Source: an uncultured archaeon (GTDB lineage Archaea; Asgardarchaeota; Lokiarchaeia; Sigyniarchaeales; SOKP01). From it: 35,936 nt of DNA. The stretch lies in assembly GCA_964583985.1 (NCBI GenBank), contig CAZOYD010000035.1, forward strand, positions 1-35,936. The letters are read 5' to 3'. The notes under the pieces are model-generated. The model searched no databases and had not been told where the DNA came from. It saw only the letters and a program-made list of their open reading frames with translations. Each line of letters opens with the position of its first letter. Position 1 is the stretch's first letter. This document shows positions 8,232 through 17,812 of this stretch, piece after piece. Both the position numbers and the translations under genes were made by a program.

Positions 8232-10292
8232 ATGAAAATTTTATTAATTCATTCCGATGGAGTAGAAGTAGTTAAAAATAAAGAAGCAACGAGCAATCCA
8301 CAAGATTTTCCCAAAAAAATCATAAAAATGGATGGATTGGTCCTCGTTGCATATGTTTCCGTAGAAGATCAAGATACTTATGATACGGATATGATTGCTA
8401 AACAAGGTGCTCAAGTAATTGTAGATGCTATATTGCAGATTTCAGAATTTCCAGAAAAAATAAGAATTGAAAATGAAGAAATAAGGGCATATAATAAGAA
8501 AATAGAATCAAAAACGATAAAAGGAAATTTGCGTAATTTAAAAGAATTAATAAAAAAACCTGAAATGTATACAGTTGATAAAGTCCTTGTGTATCCATGG
8601 GCTCATCTCAGTAAATTCCTAAGTAATGAAGCTAATGCAATGGAGGTTTGCCCTAAAATTGCTCAAATTCTAGAAGATAGAGGTATTGAGGCTGCATTTT
8701 CTCCCTTTGGATGGTATAAATCTTTTAAGATAAATTGCATTGGACATGAGGTTGCTGAAATGTATAGAGATGTAAAATTATATATTCAACCAGAAGAACA
8801 CATTACCAATGCTGAATTTAAAATATTATTCCCTTCAGGTGAGGAAGAAAACATAGAATTTGACGAAGATAAAAATATAAACCCTTTAAAAAATGTCAAA
8901 GATGATGATTTCTTTCTATTTATCAAATCTGAACTCGGATCAAAGAGAGAGGACAAATCAATAGAACCTGTTCATATTAATGTCATGAAAGAATTTGAAC
9001 TAGTCGATTTTGATCCTAACAGTGATAAAGGCATATTTCGTTGGTATACAAAAGGAATGATAATGAAAAATCTTATTAAAAATTTTATTGAAGATCGGTT
9101 AATTGATTATGGAGCTTTACTCATCGATACTCCGATCATGTATACGGTTAAGAATAAAAAATTAACTGCTCAAACCGCACGCTTTCCAGCACGCACTTAT
9201 TGGGTAGAATCAGGGAGAGATAGATTTTTATTAAGATTTGCATCTGATTTTCTACTCTTTGATATGGTAAGCAAAATGATTCTCAAACCACACTATTTTC
9301 CTTTAAAATTATATGAATTTGAACAATATGATTTTAGGAGAGAAATGGAAGGGGAATTAAGCGGATTAAGAAGGTTAAGAGGATTTATGATGCCTGATTT
9401 ACATACTCTATGTAAAGATCTCGATTTGGCAGTTGAAGAATTCATTAAACAATATAAATTAATCAGAGATCTAGAAAGTGATTTGGGAGTTATTTCAAAT
9501 ATAGTTTTTAGAACCACTAAAGAATTTTATAAGGAAAATAAGGAATGGATTGTAAAGCTTTTAAACTCTGAAAATAAACCAGCTCTCTTAGAATTATGGG
9601 AAGATAGATATTATTATTTTATCTTGAAATTTGAAAGAACGGTTTTATCAGCACAAAATAGAACGGCAACATTAGCTACTAATCAAATTGATGTAGAAAG
9701 TTCCTTAGAATATATGGTTGATAATGAGGGAATTAAACGTCAGAAATATGATATTAAGTTTACGGATGATGATGGAAAACAAAAATATCCCATTATACTC
9801 CATAATTCTCCAACTGGAGGAGTAGAACGTATTCTTTGGGGTTTAATTGAATCAGCAATACGAAATAAAGATAAAATCGTCCCAGGTTTTAGAACGTGGT
9901 TATCACCAATACAAGTACGCATCATATCAATCAGTGATGAGCAGATGCAATATGCTGAAAAAATATTAGATATCCTTAATAAGGAATCATATCGGACTGA
10001 TTTTGATGATCGTAATGAAACCATGGGTAAAAAAATTAGACAAGCTGAAATCGAGTGGATTCCATATGTTATTATTATTGGCAAAGACGAGCAAGAAAAG
10101 CAAGAGATATCTGTGAGAAGGAGGCTAATAGGAAAACCATTTGGTCCTAAAAAATCCACTACTGAACAATTCAAAAACTGGAAATTAAGTAAATTACTTG
10201 AAATGTTAGAAAATGACACTGAAGGTTTTCCGAAATATAAACTACCGATACCACTTCGAAAATTTTCAACAAAAGTATATTTTAGGAAATGA
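8232..10292 (+). CDS. thrS: Threonyl-tRNA synthetase, archaeal type with N-terminal editing domain
   Basis: MKILLIHSD and YPWAHLS (editing domain), PFGWYKSF, FRREMEGELSGLRRLRGF (motif 2), HNSPTGGVER (motif 3) and a C-terminal anticodon-binding domain. Confidence 0.97.
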   Translation: MKILLIHSDGVEVVKNKEATSNPQDFPKKIIKMDGLVLVAYVSVEDQDTYDTDMIAKQGAQVIVDAILQISEFPEKIRIENEEIRAYNKKIESKTIKGNLRNLKELIKKPEMYTVDKVLVYPWAHLSKFLSNEANAMEVCPKIAQILEDRGIEAAFSPFGWYKSFKINCIGHEVAEMYRDVKLYIQPEEHITNAEFKILFPSGEEENIEFDEDKNINPLKNVKDDDFFLFIKSELGSKREDKSIEPVHINVMKEFELVDFDPNSDKGIFRWYTKGMIMKNLIKNFIEDRLIDYGALLIDTPIMYTVKNKKLTAQTARFPARTYWVESGRDRFLLRFASDFLLFDMVSKMILKPHYFPLKLYEFEQYDFRREMEGELSGLRRLRGFMMPDLHTLCKDLDLAVEEFIKQYKLIRDLESDLGVISNIVFRTTKEFYKENKEWIVKLLNSENKPALLELWEDRYYYFILKFERTVLSAQNRTATLATNQIDVESSLEYMVDNEGIKRQKYDIKFTDDDGKQKYPIILHNSPTGGVERILWGLIESAIRNKDKIVPGFRTWLSPIQVRIISISDEQMQYAEKILDILNKESYRTDFDDRNETMGKKIRQAEIEWIPYVIIIGKDEQEKQEISVRRRLIGKPFGPKKSTTEQFKNWKLSKLLEMLENDTEGFPKYKLPIPLRKFSTKVYFRK

Positions 10293-10405
10293 AACAATAG
10301 TTTCTCTACAAATTACAAAGATATAGTCAAAAAATAAAATATAAAGATTATATTTTAATTTCATATTCGATTACTATTTTCATCAATTTAGGTATATTTC
10401 AGAAA

Positions 10406-11050
10406 ATGACAATTAAATGCATTATTTTCGATTTAGGAGATGTGATATTTGATTTGGACTTCGATCAATTCTTTAATGAGGTAATTACACCGTCTCCCTT
10501 AAATAAACCTAAAACACCCATTATGATGGAATTTTTTCGGCAATCTGATACATATCATCAAGGTAAAATAAGTGATAAAGAATTTTACAATCAAGCGTGT
10601 GAATTATTACAAGTATGCAATCTTAATCAAAAAGCATTTTTTGACGCGTTTAATAGCATTATTTCAGAGATAAATGAGGAAATGGTTGAATTGGTTAAAA
10701 AAATAAGGAAAAATAATGAACTCAAAATGATGTGCATGTCAAATATCAATTCTAGTCATTGGAACTATATTAAGAAAAAAAAATGGAATATATGGGAATC
10801 GGATCCAACAAAAACCCCACTTTTTGATGAATTTATCTTATCTCACGAAGTGCATTTAACCAAACCGGATAGTAAGATGTTTGAGATCGCAATTCAAAAA
10901 GCAGGATGCAAACCCGAGGAAATTATCTTTATTGATGATGGTTTTAATAATATCAGAGCCGCTTCGGAATTGGGGATAAACGGAATTCGTTTTGTAGACA
11001 TTGGTGAGCTGATTAAATCTCTACACGAATTTAATATTATTATAGATTAA
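10406..11050 (+). CDS. HAD-superfamily phosphatase
   Basis: IIFDLGDV, SN, KPD and FIDD motifs. Confidence 0.9.
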   Translation: MTIKCIIFDLGDVIFDLDFDQFFNEVITPSPLNKPKTPIMMEFFRQSDTYHQGKISDKEFYNQACELLQVCNLNQKAFFDAFNSIISEINEEMVELVKKIRKNNELKMMCMSNINSSHWNYIKKKKWNIWESDPTKTPLFDEFILSHEVHLTKPDSKMFEIAIQKAGCKPEEIIFIDDGFNNIRAASELGINGIRFVDIGELIKSLHEFNIIID

Positions 11051-11114
11051 ATACTCTTCTTCTGTTATTACATCTAAAAAAGGTTTTTTAACATATATTA
11101 GAATAAGAATATAT

Positions 11115-11633
11115 TCATTGTAAAACATTGTTTAAACAAGCCTTTGCTATTGTTTCAAATGCTAACTCTACATTTTCGCCTGTTTTGGCTGAAGTTTCAA
11201 GATATTCACAATTTAACCTTTTTGCTAGATCTTCTGCTTCTGATCTTTCTACTTGGCGAACAAGATCGGACTTATTACCCAATAATATCATTGGAATGGC
11301 TTTTTTTACCGATTTTTTAATACTACTTATCCATCCAGGTAATTTTAATAAGGATTGGGTATTGGTTAAATCAAACACTCCAAGAGCACCATTACTTCCT
11401 TTAAAATAGATTGTTCTTAGCTTCGCGAAGGTATCTTGTCCGCCGATATCCCAACAAAGTAAGCGTACATTAACGTTTTCTTCTAACTCAACGTCCTTAA
11501 TCAAGAAATTTGAACCTATGGTTTGTTTTAGGTCAACACTAAAATAATCCTTTATGTACCTTATCAATAAAGATGTTTTACCTACATCTCCTGCTCCGAA
11601 AAGAGTGATCTTGAATTTGAATGTTTCAGAAAT
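11115..11633 (-). CDS. Rab-like small GTPase (ATT start inferred; the ORF track truncates it at 11567)
   Basis: The in-frame upstream extension ISETFKFKITLFGAGDVGKTSLL supplies the P-loop. Also TIG (G2), WDIGGQ (G3), NKSD (G4) and ETSAK (G5). No C-terminal prenylation motif. Confidence 0.92.
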   Translation of the reverse strand: MSETFKFKITLFGAGDVGKTSLLIRYIKDYFSVDLKQTIGSNFLIKDVELEENVNVRLLCWDIGGQDTFAKLRTIYFKGSNGALGVFDLTNTQSLLKLPGWISSIKKSVKKAIPMILLGNKSDLVRQVERSEAEDLAKRLNCEYLETSAKTGENVELAFETIAKACLNNVLQ

Positions 11634-11775
11634 TTTAATTACCTAATTGATTTAATTAATAGAATAGAATCATCGCAAGTATATTTGATATATTATATTA
11701 ACCATATTTATATGTTTATAATGAATGTAGTAAATTTGAAAAAATTAATACATATTTTCTAAACTTTACATAAAT

Positions 11776-13164
11776 TTAATCATGCTTTTGTTTTATTTTT
11801 TGGACAGATTCTTTAATTTCTTCTTCAATGACATGAATCTCCTTTTTTACATTATGTCCTGTTTTTTGCCCTATGCGCCCAATTTGTATCATGATCCATT
11901 CTGGTGATCCTACTCCATTATAAAACTCGTTCCAGAGAAACATGAAGAATCCCATCAGACCAGCATAACAAATAACGATAACAACATATAATACAAAATC
12001 AAGAGATCTGAAAAATAATGTGACATAAATATAATGCACTAAGAAAAGACTCAATGAGACCCTTCCATAATACTTCAACATGCTAATAAAATAATTCCTT
12101 TTTTCTTTTATATCTATAATATAGAAACAGATTCCAATAAGGAGTAGTGCTGCACCCAGATTATAAATCATATTCGGACCTCTTCCACGAATAAGAAACT
12201 CCCACATTCCAGGATATCTTATTTCTGGAATAAACATTTGTGAATTCATATCAGCCAGTAAAGACATAAGAGGATATTCTTGCAGAGGTAGGGTTCCAAT
12301 AATATTATAATCTGCGTTTTGCCATATATCTCCCGGCACGTATATTTGCCTACCTAACCACATCCCACCAATTACGAATAATGAGCCCCATAACACAAAG
12401 CTTCGAAATAACTGAATGTAATCTTTTTTCCGTCCACCCATCATAGCATCGTTTAATAATTCTCCAAAGATTGTAGAAATGAAACAGACTGCTAGCCAAG
12501 GTAGAAGAGGTGTCATGGGAGAAGGAGACACAACAATATAATGGATAAAAGTAATAATTGGATTACCCGCTTCTTTTCCGATAAATAAAAATTCACGAAT
12601 CCCATCAGAAAAGTAAATGATAAGCACCCCAATCATTGCTCTTGTCATTTTACTTAATTTAAGGGCATATAATGAAAATATTTGAGAGAATCCGATAAAC
12701 ATCAAGATATTCCAGCCCCATAAATTTAAAGGAAATGGATATCCCGCTATAGTAAATTCAAATGAGAAAATATTGAATAGAATTCCAATAAAAATAATAG
12801 TTGCACCTCTACTCATAATTCGATTCCGAATTACTTTTTCTGACATATCTCCTTTCTTCTTTTTTATGCTAAAAACAACACTTAAAGCTGAAAGAAATAT
12901 AAATAGTGAGGGACCAAAAATATCCATTGCAGTATAGAGTAGGCCATAAAGAAAGATCCATTCTGAATTCAGCCAAGCTCCAGCAGTGTGTGCAAACATA
13001 ATCATAACAATAGCAAAGCCTTTTACAAAATCAATACTATAGATTCTTTGAAGAGATGCATAGTCCCGTATTTCTTCAATAGGGATTACCGTTTTCAAAT
13101 AATCAGACAGAGGGATGGAATCTAAATTGTTATAATCGTGATCTTCTGACGACATGAGAATCAA
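11776..13164 (-). CDS. Multi-TM acyltransferase (heparan-alpha-glucosaminide N-acetyltransferase/DUF1624-like)
   Basis: RIYSIDFVKGFAIVMIMFAH, PLLPW and GRVSLSLFLVH with about 10 TM segments. The true start may be the ATG at 13155. Confidence 0.75.
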   Translation of the reverse strand: MILMSSEDHDYNNLDSIPLSDYLKTVIPIEEIRDYASLQRIYSIDFVKGFAIVMIMFAHTAGAWLNSEWIFLYGLLYTAMDIFGPSLFIFLSALSVVFSIKKKKGDMSEKVIRNRIMSRGATIIFIGILFNIFSFEFTIAGYPFPLNLWGWNILMFIGFSQIFSLYALKLSKMTRAMIGVLIIYFSDGIREFLFIGKEAGNPIITFIHYIVVSPSPMTPLLPWLAVCFISTIFGELLNDAMMGGRKKDYIQLFRSFVLWGSLFVIGGMWLGRQIYVPGDIWQNADYNIIGTLPLQEYPLMSLLADMNSQMFIPEIRYPGMWEFLIRGRGPNMIYNLGAALLLIGICFYIIDIKEKRNYFISMLKYYGRVSLSLFLVHYIYVTLFFRSLDFVLYVVIVICYAGLMGFFMFLWNEFYNGVGSPEWIMIQIGRIGQKTGHNVKKEIHVIEEEIKESVQKIKQKHD

Positions 13165-13278
13165 TTTCCATTAAAATTCGGTTTATATTAAGGTTTAGAA
13201 ATTAAATTAATATGATCTTATTATTTTATACTATTTGAATGTTTATATATTTCAATTTTTATCTTATTGGAGAATAAC

Positions 13279-13707
13279 ATGGATATTAAAAAGTATATTG
13301 ATTTAAGACTGATGGGGATCATTGGTTCTTTTCTCTTGATTGTATCTCAATTTTCATCCTGGTATTCTGGATTATCCTTATTTGATATTTATTTGATCAC
13401 AACTTCGGTAGCTATAGAGGATTCATTTTTATATATATTTCCTCTGATTAGTGGAAGCATTTGTTTTATAGGGACATTTCTTGTCCTGTATAAATTAGAA
13501 TATAAACTTAATTCAGTAATCATCAACTTTATTGGACTCGGATTTTTCTTAATTTTCATTTTTAAATTTATACCTAATGATTTCCCTTATATCGGTGGTG
13601 CAGAAATGGGATTTTATTTTGCGGTTATTGGAGCTCTCTTGATCTTATTAGATATATTGAACGTTTTAAAATTAAATAATAATCCTGAGGAAGGGAGTCA
13701 AAATTAA
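13279..13707 (+). CDS. Small integral membrane protein (about 4 TM)
   Basis: Hydrophobic ORF. ATG at 13279 is preceded by GGAG, so it is preferred over the TTG at 13267. Confidence 0.7.
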   Translation: MDIKKYIDLRLMGIIGSFLLIVSQFSSWYSGLSLFDIYLITTSVAIEDSFLYIFPLISGSICFIGTFLVLYKLEYKLNSVIINFIGLGFFLIFIFKFIPNDFPYIGGAEMGFYFAVIGALLILLDILNVLKLNNNPEEGSQN

Positions 13708-14581
13708 TACGGAAAACGAATCAACGAAAGGAAATAATAAGAGCCAAGAATCTGAATCAAATTTCTACTATGCTTTAGGGCATAAAATAAGGAGAAGAAT
13801 AATAGAGATTATAGGAGAAAATGGCTTTTCTTCATTTACCTCACTAAAAAAAGAATTAAATGTAAGTACAGGTACGATCTATCATCATTTAGATACGCTT
13901 TCAACTTTAATCCAACAAAAATCGGATAAAAAATATTATCTTACAGATTTGGGAATACGAGCATATGATTCGATTAGGAATAATTTAGGATCCCCATCAT
14001 ATGATATTTCGAAAAAAGATTATGATTCATTTCTTTTGAAGGGGCTGATGCATCTTACCCCAAAAAAAATTATCGCTAAAAATAGCAAACCAAGCATTCT
14101 TGTTATCACCTTTTCTATCATTATTTTGTTCTCAGGAGGTATTTTTTGTGCTTTAAATGGATTATATCCCTTCTTTTTATTATTTGGGACAATTCCAGCT
14201 ATTGTTTATGCACCCCTTCTTAATTTCGTATTCTTCATAATAAATTTTTTTGTTTTCTTTTGCCTTATTGAAGCAATATATCGTGTATTTTACAAAAAGA
14301 AAGGTAATACTAAAGAGTTCTTGAGCACCTTTGCTATCATATTTTTTCCTTCAGTACTATATTTAATGATACATTATTTCTTTCTTGTCCTAATGATAAT
14401 TGAAATTCCTTTTATTGGGATATTAGACAACATATTCATGATTATATTCCAAGTGTGGTCATTATGGTTGCTTACCTACAGTATCACCGCGTATAAACAA
14501 TTAAGAATTGAAAATGCCCTTATACTCTCCTTAATGTTGCATTATGGAGGTTTTTCTATTATTTTAATGATATCTATTTAA
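13703..14581 (+). CDS. ArsR-type winged-HTH fused to a Yip1-like membrane domain (ATT start inferred)
   Basis: The frame is open upstream of 13949 and encodes ALGHKIRRRIIEII...SFTSLKKELNVSTGTIYHHLDTL...KYYLTDLG (wHTH). The C-terminus KGNTKEFLSTFAIIFFP...WSLWLLTYSITAYKQLRIENALIL is Yip1-like. Confidence 0.75.
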   Translation: MNTENESTKGNNKSQESESNFYYALGHKIRRRIIEIIGENGFSSFTSLKKELNVSTGTIYHHLDTLSTLIQQKSDKKYYLTDLGIRAYDSIRNNLGSPSYDISKKDYDSFLLKGLMHLTPKKIIAKNSKPSILVITFSIIILFSGGIFCALNGLYPFFLLFGTIPAIVYAPLLNFVFFIINFFVFFCLIEAIYRVFYKKKGNTKEFLSTFAIIFFPSVLYLMIHYFFLVLMIIEIPFIGILDNIFMIIFQVWSLWLLTYSITAYKQLRIENALILSLMLHYGGFSIILMISI

Positions 14582-15860
14582 AAACTCTAAAGTTTCTTTT
14601 CTCTAATCTAGTAATTAAATGAGTTTCTTGCTTTTTTGAATCAATCAGGTCTTTAGCTTTAGTTGCGATAAAGCAAGTAAATATAGAATCCTCATCTAAC
14701 GCTAATGGTGGTGATACAATAGGAGCATTTTCTTTCATAATCTGAGGAATTAACTCCTTGTTTACTTCATTCAATGAGAGATCCCCTTCATATCTCAAAT
14801 GTAAGCTATAAAAATGGGAGAAATATTTATGAGTAGTATCTATGATAGTATTTATGTCAATATCAGGTTGTGTAATTAATAAAAGGGGATTATTTTTAGT
14901 GATATTTCTAATCCCAACATATGAGGTTGTCAATCTTGGGTTAATTTCTATAAAGCTTAAAGTATTATCTGTTTTTCTAATAAAGTCAATCCCATAATAT
15001 CCTATAAACCCTTTCAAATTTAGTTTCTGAAATGATATTATTAATATTTTATCAATATTTTCATAATTCGATATTGGAGTACATCCTCCTAAGTAAGAAG
15101 ATTTACTATTTAATTTGTTAATTTCAACGAATTGAGCATTAATCGATAAAATATTTTGATCCTGGGAATTTCCTATAATAGATACACTCATATCATCCCC
15201 GGGAATATATTCTTGTACAATGTAGTTTCTACCTGATTCTAAGGAGTTTGGGGTAGAAGTAAAAAAAGAAGAAATCTGTTGTTTATTTTCAAAATAGAAA
15301 ATGGATTCAGCTCCAACTCCATCCTCTGGTTTGATTATTACGGGTAATTTTAATTTTGAAATTATTTTCATGACATGATCTTCGTACAGTAAATGAGACG
15401 GTAGGTGATAAGTTAAGGGAGTGGATACTCCTTGAGCCTTAAAATAGTTATAAGTTTCAAATTTGGAGGACCCTAATCTAATTGCTTCTAAGTTCATGCT
15501 TAGAATTATTTTATTCTGATCTTTCATAATTTTAGTTAATTTGTTTAGGATATCAGAAAATTCAGGAGCAATAATGAAGACATACTTACAATCTTTAACT
15601 GCTTTCTTTACTTCAAGAAAAATATCCATGTCTTGATTTATTTCCCCAATAAAGTCAGCATTTAAGTATCGAATCACGTGTTGAATTCTATAGTCTAACA
15701 ATGTTTTAACTTCAAAGTCAAGATTTTTGAAATCTTCAATGATTGTTTTCAGCATTCCAAATCCTTCAGTAAATAAAGGTATGGGAATGTTAATGTGATT
15801 GAATCCCCCACCAGATATAAATTCAAAAATAAAAATTCGATTAATTTCCGTACTACTCAC
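14574..15860 (-). CDS. ATP-grasp ligase, tyramine--L-glutamate ligase (MfnD)-like
   Basis: IFIFEFISGGG..EGFGML, IIAPE, IIKPEDGVGA, QEYIPG, GYYGIDF and IEINPRLTTSY; GTG start. Confidence 0.8.
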   Translation of the reverse strand: MSSTEINRIFIFEFISGGGFNHINIPIPLFTEGFGMLKTIIEDFKNLDFEVKTLLDYRIQHVIRYLNADFIGEINQDMDIFLEVKKAVKDCKYVFIIAPEFSDILNKLTKIMKDQNKIILSMNLEAIRLGSSKFETYNYFKAQGVSTPLTYHLPSHLLYEDHVMKIISKLKLPVIIKPEDGVGAESIFYFENKQQISSFFTSTPNSLESGRNYIVQEYIPGDDMSVSIIGNSQDQNILSINAQFVEINKLNSKSSYLGGCTPISNYENIDKILIISFQKLNLKGFIGYYGIDFIRKTDNTLSFIEINPRLTTSYVGIRNITKNNPLLLITQPDIDINTIIDTTHKYFSHFYSLHLRYEGDLSLNEVNKELIPQIMKENAPIVSPPLALDEDSIFTCFIATKAKDLIDSKKQETHLITRLEKRNFRVFK

Positions 15861-15978
15861 TTTTAACTAGTCTTGAAAATGATAAAGCAAGTGAATATTA
15901 TAAGTTTGGGGGATAGTTTTAAAGTGATGCACAAATTATTTTAAATAACTTAAATTTGACAACAAACAGTTAGAAAAG

Positions 15979-17211
15979 ATGACTTATTTTCCAGAAGAGC
16001 TAATGCAAAGAATTCGTTACCTCCACTTTAAAATTAGACATTTAGGCGATGCATTAGATAAAGAAGAGAGTTTTACTTTGGATGATATAAATCTAGTGTT
16101 GGAATATACCAAGATTTTGAATATCAATTACATGAATGAAAATCATTCAAAGATATTAAAAGATTTAGACATCACATTAATTTTTAATGATCCCAGTGAA
16201 AACAATCGAGAAATAGAAATAAAGGATCTCATGATTGAATGTGCTAGATCACTATGGGTAATGGCAAGAGCTTATAGTTCACTTTCTGAGAAATTCGAAG
16301 AAGAAGAGGATTGGGAAAATGCTATTGTCGCGATGGTCGAAAGCAGCAAAATGTACAAGACTGCTGCTTATTTTAGCGCTTCGAGTACTTATCAAAATGA
16401 CATCGGAACAACACTCTCATCTGAGAATTTAGAATTGAGCTCCGAAGAAGCGAGAGTTTTAGCTCAGAGTATCGCTGCCCTTCGGGAAGAAACAAATAAC
16501 AACTTGTATTTTGCTTCAAAGCTATATGCTGGACTTTCACAACTTTCAAAAAGAATCTTTTATCTTAGAAAACATGAAGAGAAAAAAAAACAACAGTTAA
16601 GGGCCCAATTTCATTATGATATGGGGAAAGCTTGTCAGCTTAAAGCTCAAGCATCATTAGATTCATCAATCACATCAATAAATATGGAGAAAATCACTCG
16701 TCTAAAACAGAAGGCAAATTTTTATTACGATAAATCAAAAATTATTTGGAAAGAAATGCTTGAAAGTTTGACTAATCTCTCAGAAGCCGAAAAAAACAAT
16801 CTAAGAGTGAATTTATCAGTTGTTGAAACATTGATGAATGAGAATAATGTAGACGTCTTGGACTATGAGGAAATAAAAAGAATCCAAGATCCTGAACCTA
16901 TCATTGTTATACCAGAAAATTTGGCTCCATTTGTTCCCAAAAGCACCATTTTTCTTACAAAATTTGTTCCAAAAGATCTTAATGTGAAACGATTTAAGTC
17001 TTTCACCCAAAAAAAGCTAGAACAAAAAATACCCTACAGTAAAAAAGAAAAATTAATTGATCAAAAAGCGGGTATAGTCCGTACAATAAATGAATTAAAG
17101 ACATTAAGAGAAGGAAATGAAATAACCGTAGAAAAGTATGCTGAATTAATGGAAAAATATTCTGTGAAACTCAAAATGGTAGAAACTGCAATTGAAAAGT
17201 TAGCCAAATAA
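15979..17211 (+). CDS. All-alpha hypothetical protein (helical-repeat-like) with a C-terminal coiled coil
   Basis: 410-aa ORF of Ala/Tyr-patterned amphipathic helices, ending GNEITVEKYAELMEKYSVKL. Confidence 0.7.
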   Translation: MTYFPEELMQRIRYLHFKIRHLGDALDKEESFTLDDINLVLEYTKILNINYMNENHSKILKDLDITLIFNDPSENNREIEIKDLMIECARSLWVMARAYSSLSEKFEEEEDWENAIVAMVESSKMYKTAAYFSASSTYQNDIGTTLSSENLELSSEEARVLAQSIAALREETNNNLYFASKLYAGLSQLSKRIFYLRKHEEKKKQQLRAQFHYDMGKACQLKAQASLDSSITSINMEKITRLKQKANFYYDKSKIIWKEMLESLTNLSEAEKNNLRVNLSVVETLMNENNVDVLDYEEIKRIQDPEPIIVIPENLAPFVPKSTIFLTKFVPKDLNVKRFKSFTQKKLEQKIPYSKKEKLIDQKAGIVRTINELKTLREGNEITVEKYAELMEKYSVKLKMVETAIEKLAK

Positions 17212-17216
17212 AAACC

Positions 17217-17705
17217 TTATTTTATTTTGACAAACTCATTTTTAAAATACAATTTTTGGTTTTTTTGAAATTCCTCTTCCCTTTTATTAGCGTTTTTAAG
17301 AAATAAATCATAAGCCTGTTTATAGATTATTAATAATAAAATTCCTTCTATTAATGTAGTTAAAGCGATCATTATTTGGATAAGTTGTAAGCTTAGAACC
17401 ATGAGGGAAATAAGGAAAAAGAGATGTGGTGTAAAAATAATATTAATAATCCCAATTTTCTTCATAAACTTGATCACATTCCTAATTTCTAATTTATAGA
17501 TTTTTTTCGCTCTTAAAGCAATAAAGAAATATACTACTGAAATTAACATGCTAATTGCAGACAGTATTACAATCAAATCTCTATCATTAGGTTCCAATGC
17601 TAAATACGGTTTAAAAATGAGAGCTCCAACAATCAATGTGAACGAAAATAAAAATAGCATGAATGAGGATGATATTAATCCATCATAAAAATCCTTAAAA
17701 TCCAT
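17217..17705 (-). CDS. Hypothetical membrane protein (about 4 TM)
   Basis: 162-aa ORF with four hydrophobic segments, filling the gap between neighbours. Confidence 0.7.
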   Translation of the reverse strand: MDFKDFYDGLISSSFMLFLFSFTLIVGALIFKPYLALEPNDRDLIVILSAISMLISVVYFFIALRAKKIYKLEIRNVIKFMKKIGIINIIFTPHLFFLISLMVLSLQLIQIMIALTTLIEGILLLIIYKQAYDLFLKNANKREEEFQKNQKLYFKNEFVKIK

Positions 17706-17812
17706 ATGATAATGATAGTTCTTTAATTATTAAAGATGTTCAATGAAGTCTAAAATTTTTAAAGATTAAAATTAAAGTAATCATATTGATAAATAAAGAA
17801 TTGTGAAAAACC

